This document shows, piece after piece, positions 48,610-64,000 of a stretch of DNA of 64,000 bases; within the stretch, counting starts at the first letter, position 1, and every line of letters begins with the position of its first letter. Source of the DNA: Tubulanus polymorphus. Taxonomy: Eukaryota; Animalia; Nemertea. The position numbers and the translations under genes were made by a program. A model generated the notes under the pieces. It worked only from the letters and a program-made list of their open reading frames with translations. It had not been told where the DNA came from and made no database searches. The DNA lies in NCBI RefSeq assembly GCF_964204645.1, contig NC_134035.1:3720001-3784000 (forward strand). The letters are read 5' to 3'.

Positions 48610-51600
48610 CTGACTAGGATAGCATTTCCCCTTAAGCTATCCCGGTGATAGATTGTGAAATTATTGTTACGTATTGTTGGTTGAATTATGTCTATCGCCA
48701 AACTTTGTTAATTGTCTTCGGATAAGGTGTTACATTACTTAACCCTTTCAGTGCTGACTGATTAATACCCGAATATGCTGGGGTTGTAATTTAGGATTTT
48801 TAAAAATTCCACCCCAGTGCCTTGAATAACAGGCATTCTGCTGTAGCATGTCTACACCACAGTGTGATGTATCATTAGTAACTAATATTTCACTATGTTT
48901 AATGCCATCTTTCAATGGAGATGTTAAAGTCTTTGCTAATTTGAGTCCCAGTTTGTATTTCTAATTCAATTCGCATTTGAATAAGTCGTCAACGTAATGA
49001 TCTTCCCTTATGTGACGACGTAAACGTCTATACGCTGATAATGATGTTATGTGTTCAATGATAAATTATGTATTTATTGCGTCATCTTTTGCTATGTAAG
49101 TAAAGAATATTTGTGTTAACTATTGAAACGTATGTTGTAAATTATTGTGAATATAGCATAACTTAATAATACGTTCAACGGAAGATTGTATTATTGTTTT
49201 TTTTTAAATTTTGTCATTGATTGTCTGTACGTCAAAAGCTCAGAGGACTTTTCTCTCCGTTACAGGGCCCAGTTCGACATTCGTAGCTTAGATTTAAGAC
49301 CAGTTTATGCCAGCCATGGTTGCGTTACAAAATCTTTTTGGTAATGCAACCATGATGACTGGGCAACTGAATAACTGTACCACTGGATGACTGGTGATCT
49401 GGATACTGTACGACTGGATGACTGTACCACTAGTAACTGGTTATCTGGATGACTACCACTAAATGACTGGTCATCTGGATACTGTACGACTGGATGTCTG
49501 CATGACAGTACTACTGGATGACTGGTAGATTGGTAGCATCACCATCATCTACATCACTGCCATCGTCATCACCATCGTAACCATCTACACCATCACCACA
49601 GCGTCGCAATCATCATTACCACTTTCTTAACTATCTGCACCATCACCACAGCATCATCATCACTGTCACCTTCAGCATCACTATCTGCATTACCAGCATT
49701 ACCTTCTTCAGTATCACCACCAACATCCTCATCACCACTATCATCTACATCATTATCATCACTGTCTCAACCATCCGCAACAGCACCTCCAGCGCATCAC
49801 TGTTTCCATTACTAGCATCACCTCCAGCAGCCTCATCATCACTATCACCATCATCTACATCACTGCCATCTTCACCACCATCTGCACCTTCAGCATAGCA
49901 TCGCTACCATCATCATCACAGTCACCTCCAGCATCACTATCTCCATGATCAGCATTACCTTCTCCAGCATCACCACCATCTGCACCTTCAGCATCACTAT
50001 CTCCATGATCAGCATTACCTTCTCCAGCATCATCATCTTCAGCTTCACTATCTCCATCACCAGCATTACCCTATTGCGATTAAGTACACGTATTTTCATA
50101 TAATGTCCCCTGAATATTTTCAAATTTTAAACAACACAGTAATACCAAAACGCCCAAGATTGTCTAAGAGAGAGGTCCTTAAATGCATCTGTTGATTCAA
50201 ATGACAAACATCTATCTTCAAAACGTATTAAATCGGATTGTCAGGTCCTTTGAAAAGCAGACATTTCTCGAAATGGCATGTCGGTAGCAATCAAACATAA
50301 ATGTTTTGTTTTCATTGCTGGAATTACTGATGAGACAAAATATTGATGCCCTGTTTCTCATTTCCGTTGATCCGGCCGGTCGCCTTCCCTATACATAACT
50401 ATTTTCTAAATCATAATTAAGCAAACAATCACAGATCTGTTATAGCTATGAGCTGATTGCTAATTTCATTGCAGTTTACGAAAGTGACCCGGATGATTAT
50501 GAGAAACTAGGTCTCATTTTTTAACCTAAACAAAGTCGATTAATTAACTAATTAATGACACTCATTAAACCAACCGTTACTGTAGAATTCGTGCGCATTT
50601 GTCCATTTCGAAAAATCACCATGTCATGTTTTTCAAGTTGGAGGCGCAAGTTGCATATTTGAACAATGTCCTGTCGCGCTCGACTAACTGGAAACATGGC
50701 CGTGACCGGGACGTGATTAGCTTATATACATTCTGTACAGAGATATATCGGCTGTCATACGAGACACACGTACAGGTTTGTAGGGATTTAGGATATCGAC
50801 TCTGCGAGAAATACATTGGATTTTTAAAGGGAAACACTTCATTTGGAAATCTCATCGTTCGTATTTAGATGCGGCAACGATGAGTATATATTAACAGAGT
50901 TTCAAGGTATATTTACTTCGGAGCTGCAAGAAAATACATCAGTTTTTGAAGTGGGAATACCTATTCAGCTAAGACAAATTGGAATTCTCGAATTCATCGT
51001 TCACATCTGGATGAACTGCAGCATCAGTGTTAGAGCTGATGATGTCGTAGAATGGATTTTCGATTTCGTTGAAGATGGTGACGCTGAAAGAATAAACTTG
51101 CGTTACCGGTATATCGGGATATAGTAAGCTGATATCCAGTGTATCGTACGTGATCATATTGGGATAATAAACAAATGCGATCGCTAATCTTTCAAAACGT
51201 TGATAAGGCATGTCTATTAACCGGACCAATACTCGCTTGCCAGGGCAAAAAGGAGCCTAAAAGGCCCAGGAGAGGCAGGCATTTTACGGACGCGGACCTA
51301 TAATATGCGTGACCGGACCAATACTCGCTTGCCAGGGCAAAAAGGAGCCTAAAAGGCCCAGGAGAGGCAGGCATTTTACGGACGCGGACCTATAATATGC
51401 GTGACCGGACCAATCGCTTGCCAGGGCAAAAAGGAGCCTAAAAGGCCAAGGAGAGGCAGGCATTTTACGGACGCGGACCTTTAATATGCGTGACCGGACC
51501 AATACTCGCTTGCCAGGGCAAAAAGGAGCCTAAAAGGCCCAGGAGAGGCAGGCATTTTACGGAAGCGGACCTATAATATGCGTGACCGGACCAATACTCG

Positions 51601-54600
51601 CTTGCCAGGGCAAAAAGGAGCCTAAAAGGCCCAGGAGAGGCAGGCATTTTACGGAAGCGGACCTATAATATGCGTGACCGGACCAATACTCGCTTGCCAG
51701 GGCAAAAATGAGCCAAAAAGGCCCATTCGAGCCATGACGTGGGACCGGACCGAAAATTCCGTAGTCAAAAATTCCCAATAAGAGTGGAATGAATGAAACA
51801 ATAAATAACAAACAATATCATATAAGGACATTAATTTATTCATGTTCAATGGCTAAAAATCATACAGAAATAAATTAACAAAGAACAAATTGGAATTCAA
51901 CACTTCCTCCCCCCCCACCTCCATTTGACAATAAATGAATTATCAATTACCTCACTAATTATCATAAGAATGTCTCACCAACTGTTTAATCAATTAGCGA
52001 TCACATTTGATTATCAATCCGATGATAATTGTCCAATGCACTGATTATGAGCTTATTATATCCTGATATTACACGTATAAGTTTATTCCGAACAGATTTC
52101 GTGGTGTCAAAATCTTCAACGTAATCAAGAATTCGACATTCTACGATATCATCAGCTCTATCACTGATTGCTGCAGTTTATCCAGATGTTAACGATGAAC
52201 TCCAATTGGTCTAAGTCGAGTAGCGAATTCCCGTTTCAAAAACCTGCGTACGTTCTTGCAGCTCCGAAGTCAATATTTTGAATCCGCTCTACAAGATCGT
52301 TGCAGCGTCCAGATACGAACGATGATGAAAGTCTTTTTGAAAGTCTGAATTTGTGAGTTCCAAATAAAGTGTTTCAGTTTCGAAAATGCCGTGTATTTTC
52401 TCGCAGAGTCGATATCCTAAATCCCTACAAAACTGTACGCGTGTCTCGTATGACAGCCGATATATCTCTGACTGACTCATGTACAGAATGTATATAAGCT
52501 AATCACGTCACGGTCACGGTCCCAGTTAGTCGACCGAAATTGTTCAAAAATGCAACTTGCGCCTCCAACCTGAAAAATGATATGATACAATTTGTCGTCT
52601 AAATAAATGAACAAATTTTGTGCATATCTTATACAATATGGATTGATCTCAGTTAATGAGGCGATGACCGACTATATTTTCAGCTTAAAGCTAAAGATAC
52701 CTTGTTTCTCAATCGGCCGGGTCACTTTCGTTAACTACACATCTTATACAATATGGATTGATCTCAGTTAATGAAGCGATGACCGACTATATTTTCAGCT
52801 TAAAGCTAAAGATACCTTGTTTCTCAATCGGCCGGGTCACTTTCGTTAACTACACACGCGGACGATTTATTCTAAACAAGTTCATTTCTCTTGTCGTCGG
52901 GTCTGTTGCGTTATGATTATAGCTTCATCGTGATTTTTCTTAAAGGCACAGGGTCGGGTCAAATTTTAAGCTCAACAGATGTTCGACCTGGATTGTGTTT
53001 AGTCCTCGTGGACATAAAGTTAACTATAACTGAGGTCAAGTTCTCCCAATATGTGTTCGTTTGTTTGTTTATCCTCCGGGTGAGTTCTAACGCTGCCGAC
53101 ACATATTTATCCAGTTCATCTGATGTAGAGTCCTGATCATCAAACACTTCAATGGTTCCATCCTAATGATGACAAACATCCTAAAAAATATACACGAAAC
53201 TTAATAGATTTGAGGCCACCAATCAAAGTTAAGTCTAGTTACCGGTGTATCACAAAATGAGTGTCAGGGGTCAAATATTTTTTGTCTCCGATTTCGATGA
53301 AATTCAGTATAGACATGTATTGTTGGGTGCTGATTACAAATCTGAAAGAATTTTTCGGATCTGAGGCCCAGAAAATGATAAATTCGAATTTTTGGGGGGA
53401 CCCCCTAAATTTTCAAAAGGCCTTGGACCCCAGAGTTTTTGAGATATTCAAAATCTAATTGCAGATTTGGAATCAGCGCCCCTAAAAATATAGAGGACTT
53501 AAATTTTAAGCAAATCGAAGAGATTCGATTTTTTGGCTAAAAATGGCAAAAATCCAGGAGTTTTTTTTCGGCGAAAAATCTTTTTTCTCTGATTCCTTCG
53601 AAAATTAGTAGGAATATGTATTCTGAGGTGTAGATTCCGGATCCGCAATCAGATTTTGAATCGGAATTCATCTTCATGGGCAAATAAGGGTTTTAATGCC
53701 CAAAATATGCACCCCAAAAATGGGGTAGAAAGTCAAAATTTTTGTCCAATACTTGACCAGTACTGACCAGTTATCAGTGCTAACCATAACCCCCCATAAG
53801 TAATTTATATGTTTAGTAAAGCCATAAAATCGTGTTTGGGCGTCGAGCGACTAAATATGGCGCGGGCTATGATCTAACAACTATTTAACTGACCAATTTT
53901 TTTACCAATACTGACCTTTAAGTAATGTGTGTATTTTAGAAGCAACACAGTCGTGTTTGGTGTCTAATAATTAGACATTGTTTGGGCTTTCATCTAACAA
54001 CACTATTCCAACTGACCAAATCTTGACCAATACTGACCACATAGCTATATTTATCTGTTTCAGAAACAACTTAGTCGTGTCTGGTATCAAATGATTTCAT
54101 TTGGCCTGAACGTAAATATAACATCTCTTTTACATGTATAAGCTACACAAGTACTCTCTAATTACCGGTTAAATGTTTTTAGAAATGACACGGGGTTTTG
54201 CCTGAACCCTTCGTTAGTCCTACTAGCTCTTATATTTAAATTTGTCGCTTGAAAAGTCTTGTCAGATTTTTATAGTAGGTAGCGAGCTAACTTTGGAATT
54301 TCCTACTAAAGTCTATCCCAGTGGTTATGATCGCGGTGCATCAAACAGTTCATATCATCGCAGATCTGGAACCCTGTGGTTTCTATGTGCTCAACCCTAC
54401 AAGTAACTGAGGTCAGGCAACTACTACATTCAAGAGTGAATAATACTAAAGTTTTCCCATCCTGGTCATTCACTTCTCTTTATTCCTCTAGATTTGGTTT
54501 TTTCTTGTATATTCTCAAAAGTGCTGCCAAATAGCAGTGAAAACGTGTGGACTCCAGTCAGGTCCAGGCTTCTACTTATCAGAAATTATTGAAACATGAA

Positions 54601-57600
54601 ACATGAAGCTAGGTCAATAAGCAATTTCTTTTTATGAATGACTTTAAGAAAACTGGAAAAAGAGAAACATCTGTACCGGTATCGTACCGGTACATTTTTT
54701 TGCCATTATGAGAATGCCGGTTTGCTAGCGTATCTATTTAACACCCGTATTGCTCGGGTTAGTTTTACTACCAACGGGTGGCGCTGTATGTAAATTTCAC
54801 ATAAATCAACGACTTTCGGCTATTAGCGGTACTTAAGACCACTTGAAAACATCATAGTCAATTACGGTAGTAGTGAACATAAAAAGATACAGTACAAAGA
54901 TACAGTGCGGTGTACAGTTAAGGACATGATTCCATAGCACCCATACTAGAGATATTTTATTCAGACAAGGACTATTAGTTAAACATAATCTTCATGACAT
55001 TTTCAGCAATTAATGATCTGTTGAATTAATTAGTAATTCAGTCTTTCGGTGGTTCGAGATAAAATGCCCGCAAAATAAGAACCTAACGAACCAGGGCTGA
55101 CCACAAATTGCCCACCAGATAAATTTTCGAAACGACACAATCCAATCATGTTTGGTATCAAATAACTCGTGGCTCGGACCATGGTCTATTAACTGACCAC
55201 TGCATGACCAGTACCATATATAGTAAATTATTTGTTTAGCAAACAATTAAGTTGTTTGGTGTCAAATAACTAGAAATGATGTGGGCATTAATCTAAAAAT
55301 TGTTTAACTGACCAATACTTGACCAGTACTGACCAGTTATCAGTGCAAACCATAACCCCCCATAAGTAATTTATATGTTTAGTAAAGCCATAAAATCGTG
55401 TTTGGGCGTCGAGCGACTAAATATGGCGCGGGCTATGATCTAACAACTATTTAACTGACCAATTTTTTTTACCAATACTGACTAATACTTTAAGTAATTT
55501 GTCTATTTTAGAAGCAACACAGTCGTGTTTGGTGTCTAATAATTAGATATTGTGTGGGCTTTCATCTAACAACACTATTCCAACTGACCAAATCTTGACC
55601 AATACTGACCACATAGCTATATTTATCTGTTTCAGAAACAACTTAGTCGTGTCTGGTATCAAATGATTTCATTTGGCCTGAACGTAAATATAACATCTCT
55701 TTTACATGTATAAGCTACACAAGTACTCTCTAATTACCGGTTAAATGTTTTTAGAAATGACACGGGGTTTTGCCTGAACCCTTCGTTAGTACTACTAGCT
55801 CTTATATTTAAATTTGTCGCTTGAAAAGTCTTGTCAGATTTTTATAGTAGGTAGCGAGCTAACTTTGGAATTTCCTACTAAATGCAAAATATTTATCTCG
55901 TGGGGTTTTGAACGAACAATGTTTCGATTTGTAATTGTAACGTGCGCATTTGAGCCTGTAACGTGCACATTTCACTCGCGTGAACGTGCGTATCGGTACC
56001 ATTATGCGAGACTTGTTCAAACTGAACATTAAAGAAGATATTATATCATATCATATATATGAATATAGAAGGAATGATAATGTAGTAGTTTCGTAGCTGC
56101 TGTCCACTGACCACAGATTAAAGTTAATCGCCTGATATGAAGTATATATTGTTATAGGGATGTAGTAGTTCAGCGAGAATTCAAACTTATGGGTAATTCT
56201 GAGTGATCACTCAAAATTACCCATAAGTTTACGCTGACCAATAGAGAAAGCTGTAAGGCCTAAGAAAAGATGCATTAAGTATAACGTATCTTTCAATATA
56301 ATGAAGAAGTATTCAATTGGCCATCTGATCACAACAATAGTGTGACTTGTCTTATTGAAGCAATTGTAAAATACCGGAGAGTAAATTGGAGAACCCTGAA
56401 TTCAAAACAATTCCACACTCAATCGTTTACTTTGAAAACACAATTTACAATTAGTGGACATGCATTTTTTCTGCACGAAAAGCATGAAGTATATTATATT
56501 TGCTTGTAAAAATTTGAAGTTTTCGGGGAAGATTTTTGGCCTAACCTGTGAACACGTCCTTGATATATTTTCTTCATATAAGACCGACCCTTGAAATAAT
56601 GCTGAGAGTTTCGAGGAAAATTGTGGTAGGATGTAAACTTAGGCCGCTTCGTATCCGTGGAAGGTTGCTAATTATTGATTCTATACACAATAATCATAAG
56701 TACGTAACATGAGACTCGATAGAATATCGTTTTTCAATCATACGTACGCGAATTATCGCGTTATAAAGATAAATGGCACTTTAATATACTTGTTAAGTCT
56801 TATAATGTATATTTCTTTAGTAGTACAAATCAAGAGTGGATCTGCAGGCCACCTGAGACTATTCCACGATCTAAGGTCAGTTGCCAAAAGTTAGTAAGTT
56901 TACCAGTGGATAGTTAACATTAATAATGACGATTAAGACTTCATTGCTAAAATAACTTTCTACTTGTAAAATAGTCACACTTAAATGCGGAGAATCGATA
57001 ATACGATAATACGATACGAAAACTCACTGTGTACAAACAAATTCAAAAAGAAGATCTCTAGTGAGAAATTGAACGTTGTGTCGTAATGTTCTAATGATAA
57101 AACTTGGTTTGAAATTTGAAATGTGTACATAGTGGATCTTTTACATATTAACAGTGTATTTGGCCATGTATCATATTGTATAATGGTTAATCTAAACTAA
57201 CTGGTCCCAGAGTTGTATCCTTAATTCCTGTAATAGAGGATGCAATCTTTTTGTGGCAAACAGTACAAATACCTAGAAAAAGCAACGATAGTGCATTGGC
57301 AAACTTAAAGCAAGCGTACATTGGTTTGTTTAGGTTTTTCATTGGGAAAATTAATGTTTAATCATTATTGAAATATCCGAGGCGAGCTTTTCCAGGAATT
57401 TACAAAGTTGAGCTTTACACAAGGAATGCTTTTGTAGTCCGATATCCGTGATTACCTCTGGCGTGGAGAGATACAATCTAAAACGTTGTCAAATATTTTA
57501 CCACAATTTTCTATGATTAGTAAAAAGATTGAGTACCGGTTATAGACATAAACATGCAAACAGTAATATCTGAATTCCACTCCATTTCAAACTCATTCAT

Positions 57601-59216
57601 CTTTACGCAAACTCCAACTTGTTGAACCGTTCAAAATCGCGTGGCTTGAATTATTGCGATAGCTAAAATTAGGGACCACGATACTTGCTCATCTACACTG
57701 GCTACCAATTTAACAAAGGATTGAATTTGTGTGTTTGATGTTGTTACAATACCATACTGAATTATGGATTCAGTTTCTACTTTTTGATTGAACATTTATA
57801 TCACATATTGGGCATCATTTTTACCAGTATATATGGAATAACTTATCCATATATCATTTTTGATTTTATATAATCTGACTTTTGAGATGTCATTCAATCA
57901 ATGCATTCATATGCGGTCGTCGCTTTCAATAGCCACCACGGACTGGCTCCTTAATATCTCCTTAGCGTTACCTTGGCGGACGATCTCATACGTTTCTTGC
58001 CCCAGCCCTAGAATGCTCAATTATAGTCGATATGAACACTCGATTTGAATTCAAATTCTTAAAGACTCCTAAAAACACACCTGTTAATTCGATTACTCAA
58101 AAGCGCCTTTGAACATTTATATACAAGAACCAGTGAAATTGGCGCTTTATCAGTTGTATTCATCATTCGAACCCACAATTCTCCTTATCCTATGAATGTG
58201 GAGACCCATCCTCGTTAAGAGAATGAATATATAGGCTCTGTCATTTGATAAGAGGCTACGCGTCATCTTTAATTGAAATCATGTGATTTCAATTAAAGAT
58301 GACCGTGGCCTCATATCATTACGTTATGTTTTTTTAAAGGCTGGGCGAGAATATATTCTTATGTTTTTGTTTCTGTGAATGTTGCTATTTAAGAGTTCAA
58401 TAATTTCAGTCTACCAAACAAAGGGTTTTTCTTTATGTTTCGTGTCCTGTTTTTCCATAACCCTATCGCATTTTAGGTATCTTTTCGCGGATGACCAAAA
58501 GTTGCTGTCCCTTTCTAGTAATTTGATGATATATGTCGAATTTAAATTTTAAAAAGGAATCAGGCATATCTCCTTGTTTGACTAAGTATGAACTCAACTT
58601 TAAGGGGCACTCCCTTAAAAGGCACCGAAGTGAAATCATGTGTCGAGTGGAGATGACAGAATTTCTTCAAAATCGGCGGAGAAAATTGAGTATTTTGGAA
58701 AATAATAATTTTACATGTATGCAAATCCGTTATATCTCTCTAGAAATAACAATACGACGACAAGCACTTTCGAATCCGACCACGATATTCGAGAAGTTTC
58801 ACTAGGGCAGTGGTGGTCAGTGATGGTCATTTATGAATTTTCAATGGCGAATCCTTTCTAGTTTGACACCGTAACACGCGGTGAGCGTATTATTATGAAA
58901 TCTTTTTTTTTTAAACCACGGTACCACGAAGTAATAAGCATCGTTTAAGCACTTGAAACACCCATTAACCACTTGAAACTGTCAGATCAAACATCATACC
59001 GCATCCCCGCAAAGAGGGGTAGTTCAGCAAACCGGAGTTTTCATCGGTCTTTCTAGACTACCCGGAAAACTCATAATGGCCGGGAATCGGGGCGGGGTTA
59101 GGTTTAGAGATAGAGGTTAGGGGACCAAACCGAAGGTTTGGAGACCCCACTAGTGCACGGGCAGCGGGTTATCCCTGTAAAAAAGTAGTAAGAGTTAATT
59201 GTTGTAGTGAGGCGGT

Positions 59217-60038
59217 CTACGGGACGTTCATGCCTCGGGGCGTGTTCGTGTCGAGTCGTCGTATCCAGTGTTGTTCGGCTGCTTCGCGGATCGGTCTCGT
59301 GGAGCCTGGTAGGTGTTGGAGACCGTACACCCGAAAGTGTTCGCGGGTGTGGTCGACTTGGTTGAAGTGGTCCGAGACTGGAGTCGAATTCTTCGTTCTG
59401 ATGCGTGAGACGTGATGAGTGACGCGTTCTCGTAGAGACATTCCGGTTTGGCCGACGTACAGCATGTTGCACTTGGTGCATTCGATGCAGTATACAATTT
59501 CACGGGTCGCGCAATTAATTGTGCTGCCGATCGCGTGCATTTTGTTGTGGCTGCGGCAAACGGTTGTTTCTCGGACGAGTGGACACGTACGACATCTCGG
59601 TGTTCTGCATTTCCTGGTGCCTCGACGTCGGGTTGACGGAGTTCTTTGAGTAGACCTGGGAATAGAAGAATTGGAACCAACGGAAGTATTTCTGTTACGA
59701 TGCGGTGAAGAGGGGACTCGGGGAGGGGGTGGCTCCGTGGGTTTGAGCTGCGACGAAGTTAGGAGATCTTTGAGACTCTTGTGCTTGGTGTAGGCGGTGA
59801 CCGTGGTTACCTCGTCCGACCGGCCGGTGGCCGTAGCCAGTTCCGTAAATCTGGTTCGGATGTTACGGGCTAGGGTTCGGTTGGCTTCGGAGTGAGGTAA
59901 GATAAGCGGTAAACGCTTTTTCGGCGGTTCGTTGGCCCGTTGTTGTTCTCGTAGATCTCGTTCGGCGTGGTGCCGTAGAGCTTGGCTTTTGATGTGTCGC
60001 AGTTCGCGGTCTTTGTAGCCACGACCTCTGAGTACTTT
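59217..60038 (-). mobile_element. Duplicate of the Penelope-like element fragment
   Basis: Same frame as 13971-14789 with a few substitutions and a 3-bp in-frame insertion. Confidence 0.9.
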
Positions 60039-60114
60039 AAGTTTTAGTTAGGGGTCATAGTAGTTAGTTATCTAGTAGTAGTTAGTTGCTCTTCGCAAAT
60101 TTGTGAGCAATAAA

Positions 60115-60652
<538 letters not shown>

Positions 60653-60980
60653 CTAATCGTTGGTGGTAAGCTTTTACAATCGGATGGGCTTATACTTATG
60701 GTTACGTTAGGAGTTATAGATGTTATAAGTGGTGTCGGGTCAACACGTCCTCGCAGACCCGGTCAAAACGTCCTCGCTTTCGTCGGTCAAAACGTCCTCA
60801 CTCACGCCAGAATAATTACAAATAATTACAACTCACAAAAACATCATGATATCAAACACTAAGAGGCCTTCCCCGTTATGGTCGTAATTGTATTTGTAAA
60901 ACTGAATACAAGAAACTGCTGCATTTATCTATTGATGAAATGTTTAGTTTAATTCATCAGTTCTATCATAGAGAACGAGG

Positions 60981-61916
60981 ATGAACGCAACGATTTTCAA
61001 GAGGTCGTACGTCGACAAATGGATTTTGGCCGCATATGTATTGCCGCCTCTAATCCCGGTCGGTGTTGGTTTAAACGCGATGATCATCGTCGTATTTGTC
61101 AAACTGAAAACTAAAAATCGCTGCATCTATTTACTGAAATGTCTCGCTGTTGTCGATATCATATTTCTGGTGACGAAACTCATTCAGGACCCGGTGCGGT
61201 TTTATATTCACTATGCCACGTGCGGTGATATGATCATTTATTTCGTAGCGCCGCGAATTTCCCCGTACATTTACATATGGCTGACAATGTTGAATAACGG
61301 ATTTCAAATGTTTCGTAATTATTTAACTGTAATTATTCAATGCGAACGATTAGTGACTATCATTTTTCTACTGAAGGTACGATATAGGATAAATTTTCTT
61401 ATCTTATTCGCGTGTGTCTTTTCTGTGGCTATGTGTTCGTATTACCCGATCACGATGCGTGTAATCTATCAGCCCACATCGAAGCTCGGTCCTCATTACA
61501 AAGCATCATTTGCGCGTGACAGTGTCTTTCTACTAATGAACCGATACATCGACCCGATCTTCCGTATTTTCATACCGAATCTATTAGTTTTCGTAGCGAA
61601 TATAGCTCTTCTAATTGTATTACACGTTAAAACGACGCGTAGGCAAGATCTGACCGCCACAACTAGCGATCCGAAACCGCAAAAGGGCATGGCAAAAGCC
61701 ACGAAAATGGTGCTTACAATGAGTATCATTTTCACGATTTTAGAATTTCCAGGTTTGCTCGGTAAAATCGGTGGACGCTACGTCCTCGGGCGCGGTTTAA
61801 ACGTATTAACATTCTATCTGGTTACATCGATCATCAATTCTTGTATAAATCTTATTCTTTATATAATTGTGAACAAGCAATTTAGAGAAAAGTTCGTTCA
61901 GTTGTTGAAATGCTGA
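60981..61916 (+). CDS. Second copy of the intronless GPCR, identical protein
   Basis: ORF-track translation identical to 15672-16607. Confidence 0.92.
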   Translation: MNATIFKRSYVDKWILAAYVLPPLIPVGVGLNAMIIVVFVKLKTKNRCIYLLKCLAVVDIIFLVTKLIQDPVRFYIHYATCGDMIIYFVAPRISPYIYIWLTMLNNGFQMFRNYLTVIIQCERLVTIIFLLKVRYRINFLILFACVFSVAMCSYYPITMRVIYQPTSKLGPHYKASFARDSVFLLMNRYIDPIFRIFIPNLLVFVANIALLIVLHVKTTRRQDLTATTSDPKPQKGMAKATKMVLTMSIIFTILEFPGLLGKIGGRYVLGRGLNVLTFYLVTSIINSCINLILYIIVNKQFREKFVQLLKC

Positions 61917-64000
61917 TTAAGATCGACATGAGGTTATCCCACGCTGCTTGCACCGAATAGTCGCTCGGATTTCTTCAGTTCGAGGAATTGAATAAATATA
62001 AAAGTTTCCCAAATTTAGAGGGTTGTTTTTTGCTCTTTTTTAAAATCTATACACTGCGGCTATATACTGACCAGTGACACTCATAGACTGGTATTAACAT
62101 TTTATCTCTAGCCTATAATCTGTGTAGTGACTGGGGAGTAGTAACTTCCGAACATCCGGGCCTGCAGCGGAGTGGGGGGGGGGGGGTATAGTTCAGGTAG
62201 TTTACGACAAACCGCCGGAAATCCCAAAAAGGTTCGCTCTGAAAAATGAATTTGCTGGAAATGAATAACATCCTAGGCTTGTCGTATGTCCTACCCGATC
62301 TTATAGTGCTACAGATACCTAGGACTAGCGTTGGACTCCGTAGGGAGCCTTGCATTGCTAACACATAATGCCGTTGTCACTAGGCTCCGTTTTTACCTTC
62401 GAGCGCCTTTTCAAAAAGGTCCACTTAAAAGTCCACATTTTAAGGAAACTTTTATTTATAGGGAAAGCAAACTGCCTATAAAACCGGCCACGTTACAGGC
62501 CTGGCTACGATATCAATCATCTATCCATTTACTCCGGAGAATGAAGCGGAGAATTTCTCCTGCCCCGATAGGAAAATACTGCTTCCCGGAATTAAAACCA
62601 CCATCGATCACCATTTCTGAGGCTTAGTGCGTATTGGATTACTGAATAAGTAATACGTATGATTCAGTCTGGTGCCACCTTTTCTCCTTCGAATACGCTT
62701 CATTCATTTTGCACAGTTATTGACGGGGTCCAGAAGTCTATGTCTCAGATCCCCGCCTTAAGGGTCCTCTGTGATTTCTGCATTTCCTAGATTGTATTGT
62801 TAAGAATATCTCATCAATCAGTCGCTCGGTCATTCGGTCACCAGTCATCCATTTATCCAGTCAGGCATCAGACCATAATTGTAATGAAGAGGGACCCCAA
62901 ATCCATTGGTCCTGAGAGACAGATTGATGATAAAACAAGGGATTTTCTGGACTTTTTCGCCTGGAGAAAGAGTACCAAACTGGTGGGGAATTTCCTTCTA
63001 TATTCGGCTCGGATGTACTGGCATACCTGTACTGGGATACCCCTCTTTCTAAAGGTTTGATTATTTCAAAAGTTAGTTTGGGTATGTGGGGCGAAAACCA
63101 TTATCAGCCGAACCCAACTTTCGTTCGACAATGAATGGCCAAGGAATGGTTTTGGCCGTTGATGATAGTGATATTAAAAAGTAAAATAATCATTCCTTAA
63201 CTATAATCGAAATTAAGTTTTTTAAGGGTTAAGAGGCGCAAGCTGCATACGTATTTGAACAAAATGTGTCGCGCACGACTTAACTGGAACCATGGCCGTG
63301 ACCGGGACGTGATTAGTCTTTATATATTCTGTACATGAGTCAGATCGGCTGTCATACGAGACGCACGTAGAGTTTTGTGGGGATTTAGGATATTGGATTT
63401 TTGAAACGGAAATACGCTATTTAGAACTCTCAAATTCAAAAACCACCCGTCGTATCTAGGACTAATATGCTGCAACGATCAGTATATATTTGTAGAGATT
63501 CAAGATATAGACTCTGGAGCTGCAAGTTTGGTCAGAAACGGGCGATTTCAGTCTGAGTCGACATCGTCACGGCGTTGACCATTGTGACGTCATGGTCTTT
63601 TGTCCGAATGTGAATGGCCGTGGAATATGTTCGAATGTTTTCCTGTCACAATCGGGCGGACCGGATGGCTTAGTCGGTCGGCGACTAGCGTGTCACCGCT
63701 GTGGCCCAGGTTCGAGTCTCGGAGGAGGCGGGTCAGGATGTGGCAAGTGATATCCGGTAAGCGGGCGAGTCGAGAGTACTGTCCTCCCTGGAATGAGGTT
63801 GCTAATGCGTGAGTCCTACAAAATAACTGGTGTGGGGTAAATTATGTTTAATTCAGTCGTTTCTGGCTGAATTATTTATTTATCCCACAATACCGGTCCC
63901 GGCAGCGGAGTAATTCCACCAGGGGCTTCGACTTTTTTACAATATTAGTTTGTTATTTTAAGTTTAGTGGTGAGGGTTTGGGAAACTTTTTTATTTCCTC

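Overview
AT-rich, repeat-dense eukaryotic DNA from an animal; the gene and TE content suggests a lophotrochozoan-like marine invertebrate (inference). The window is organised by a ~45-46 kb tandem duplication: 1-18688 recurs as 46125-64000 and both copies run off the window edges. The duplicated block holds the Q-rich 3' exons of a Mediator subunit 25 (MED25) gene, an intronless 311-aa class-A GPCR, a 5'-truncated Neptune-type Penelope-like retroelement (Cys linker plus GIY-YIG) and many MITEs. The MED25 copy at 33860-48609 has two clear VWA-domain exons, then jumps across a 5-kb 69-bp minisatellite straight to the Q-rich tail. I found no first exons, no remainder of the VWA domain and no ACID domain, and the direct splice is out of frame. 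Its Q-rich introns contain two paralogous, frame-preserving candidate microexons (DLVDWSLDEQ and DIVNWTQTIDGK). Between the duplicated blocks lie a threefold ~4-kb tandem unit with decayed minus-strand exons resembling a G2E3-type HECT domain, a tail-to-tail Helitron-like palindromic junction, a TSD-flanked poly(A) retro-insertion and several satellites. A degenerate hammerhead-like motif sits in a MED25 intron. All calls come from reading the sequence by eye; no searches were run.
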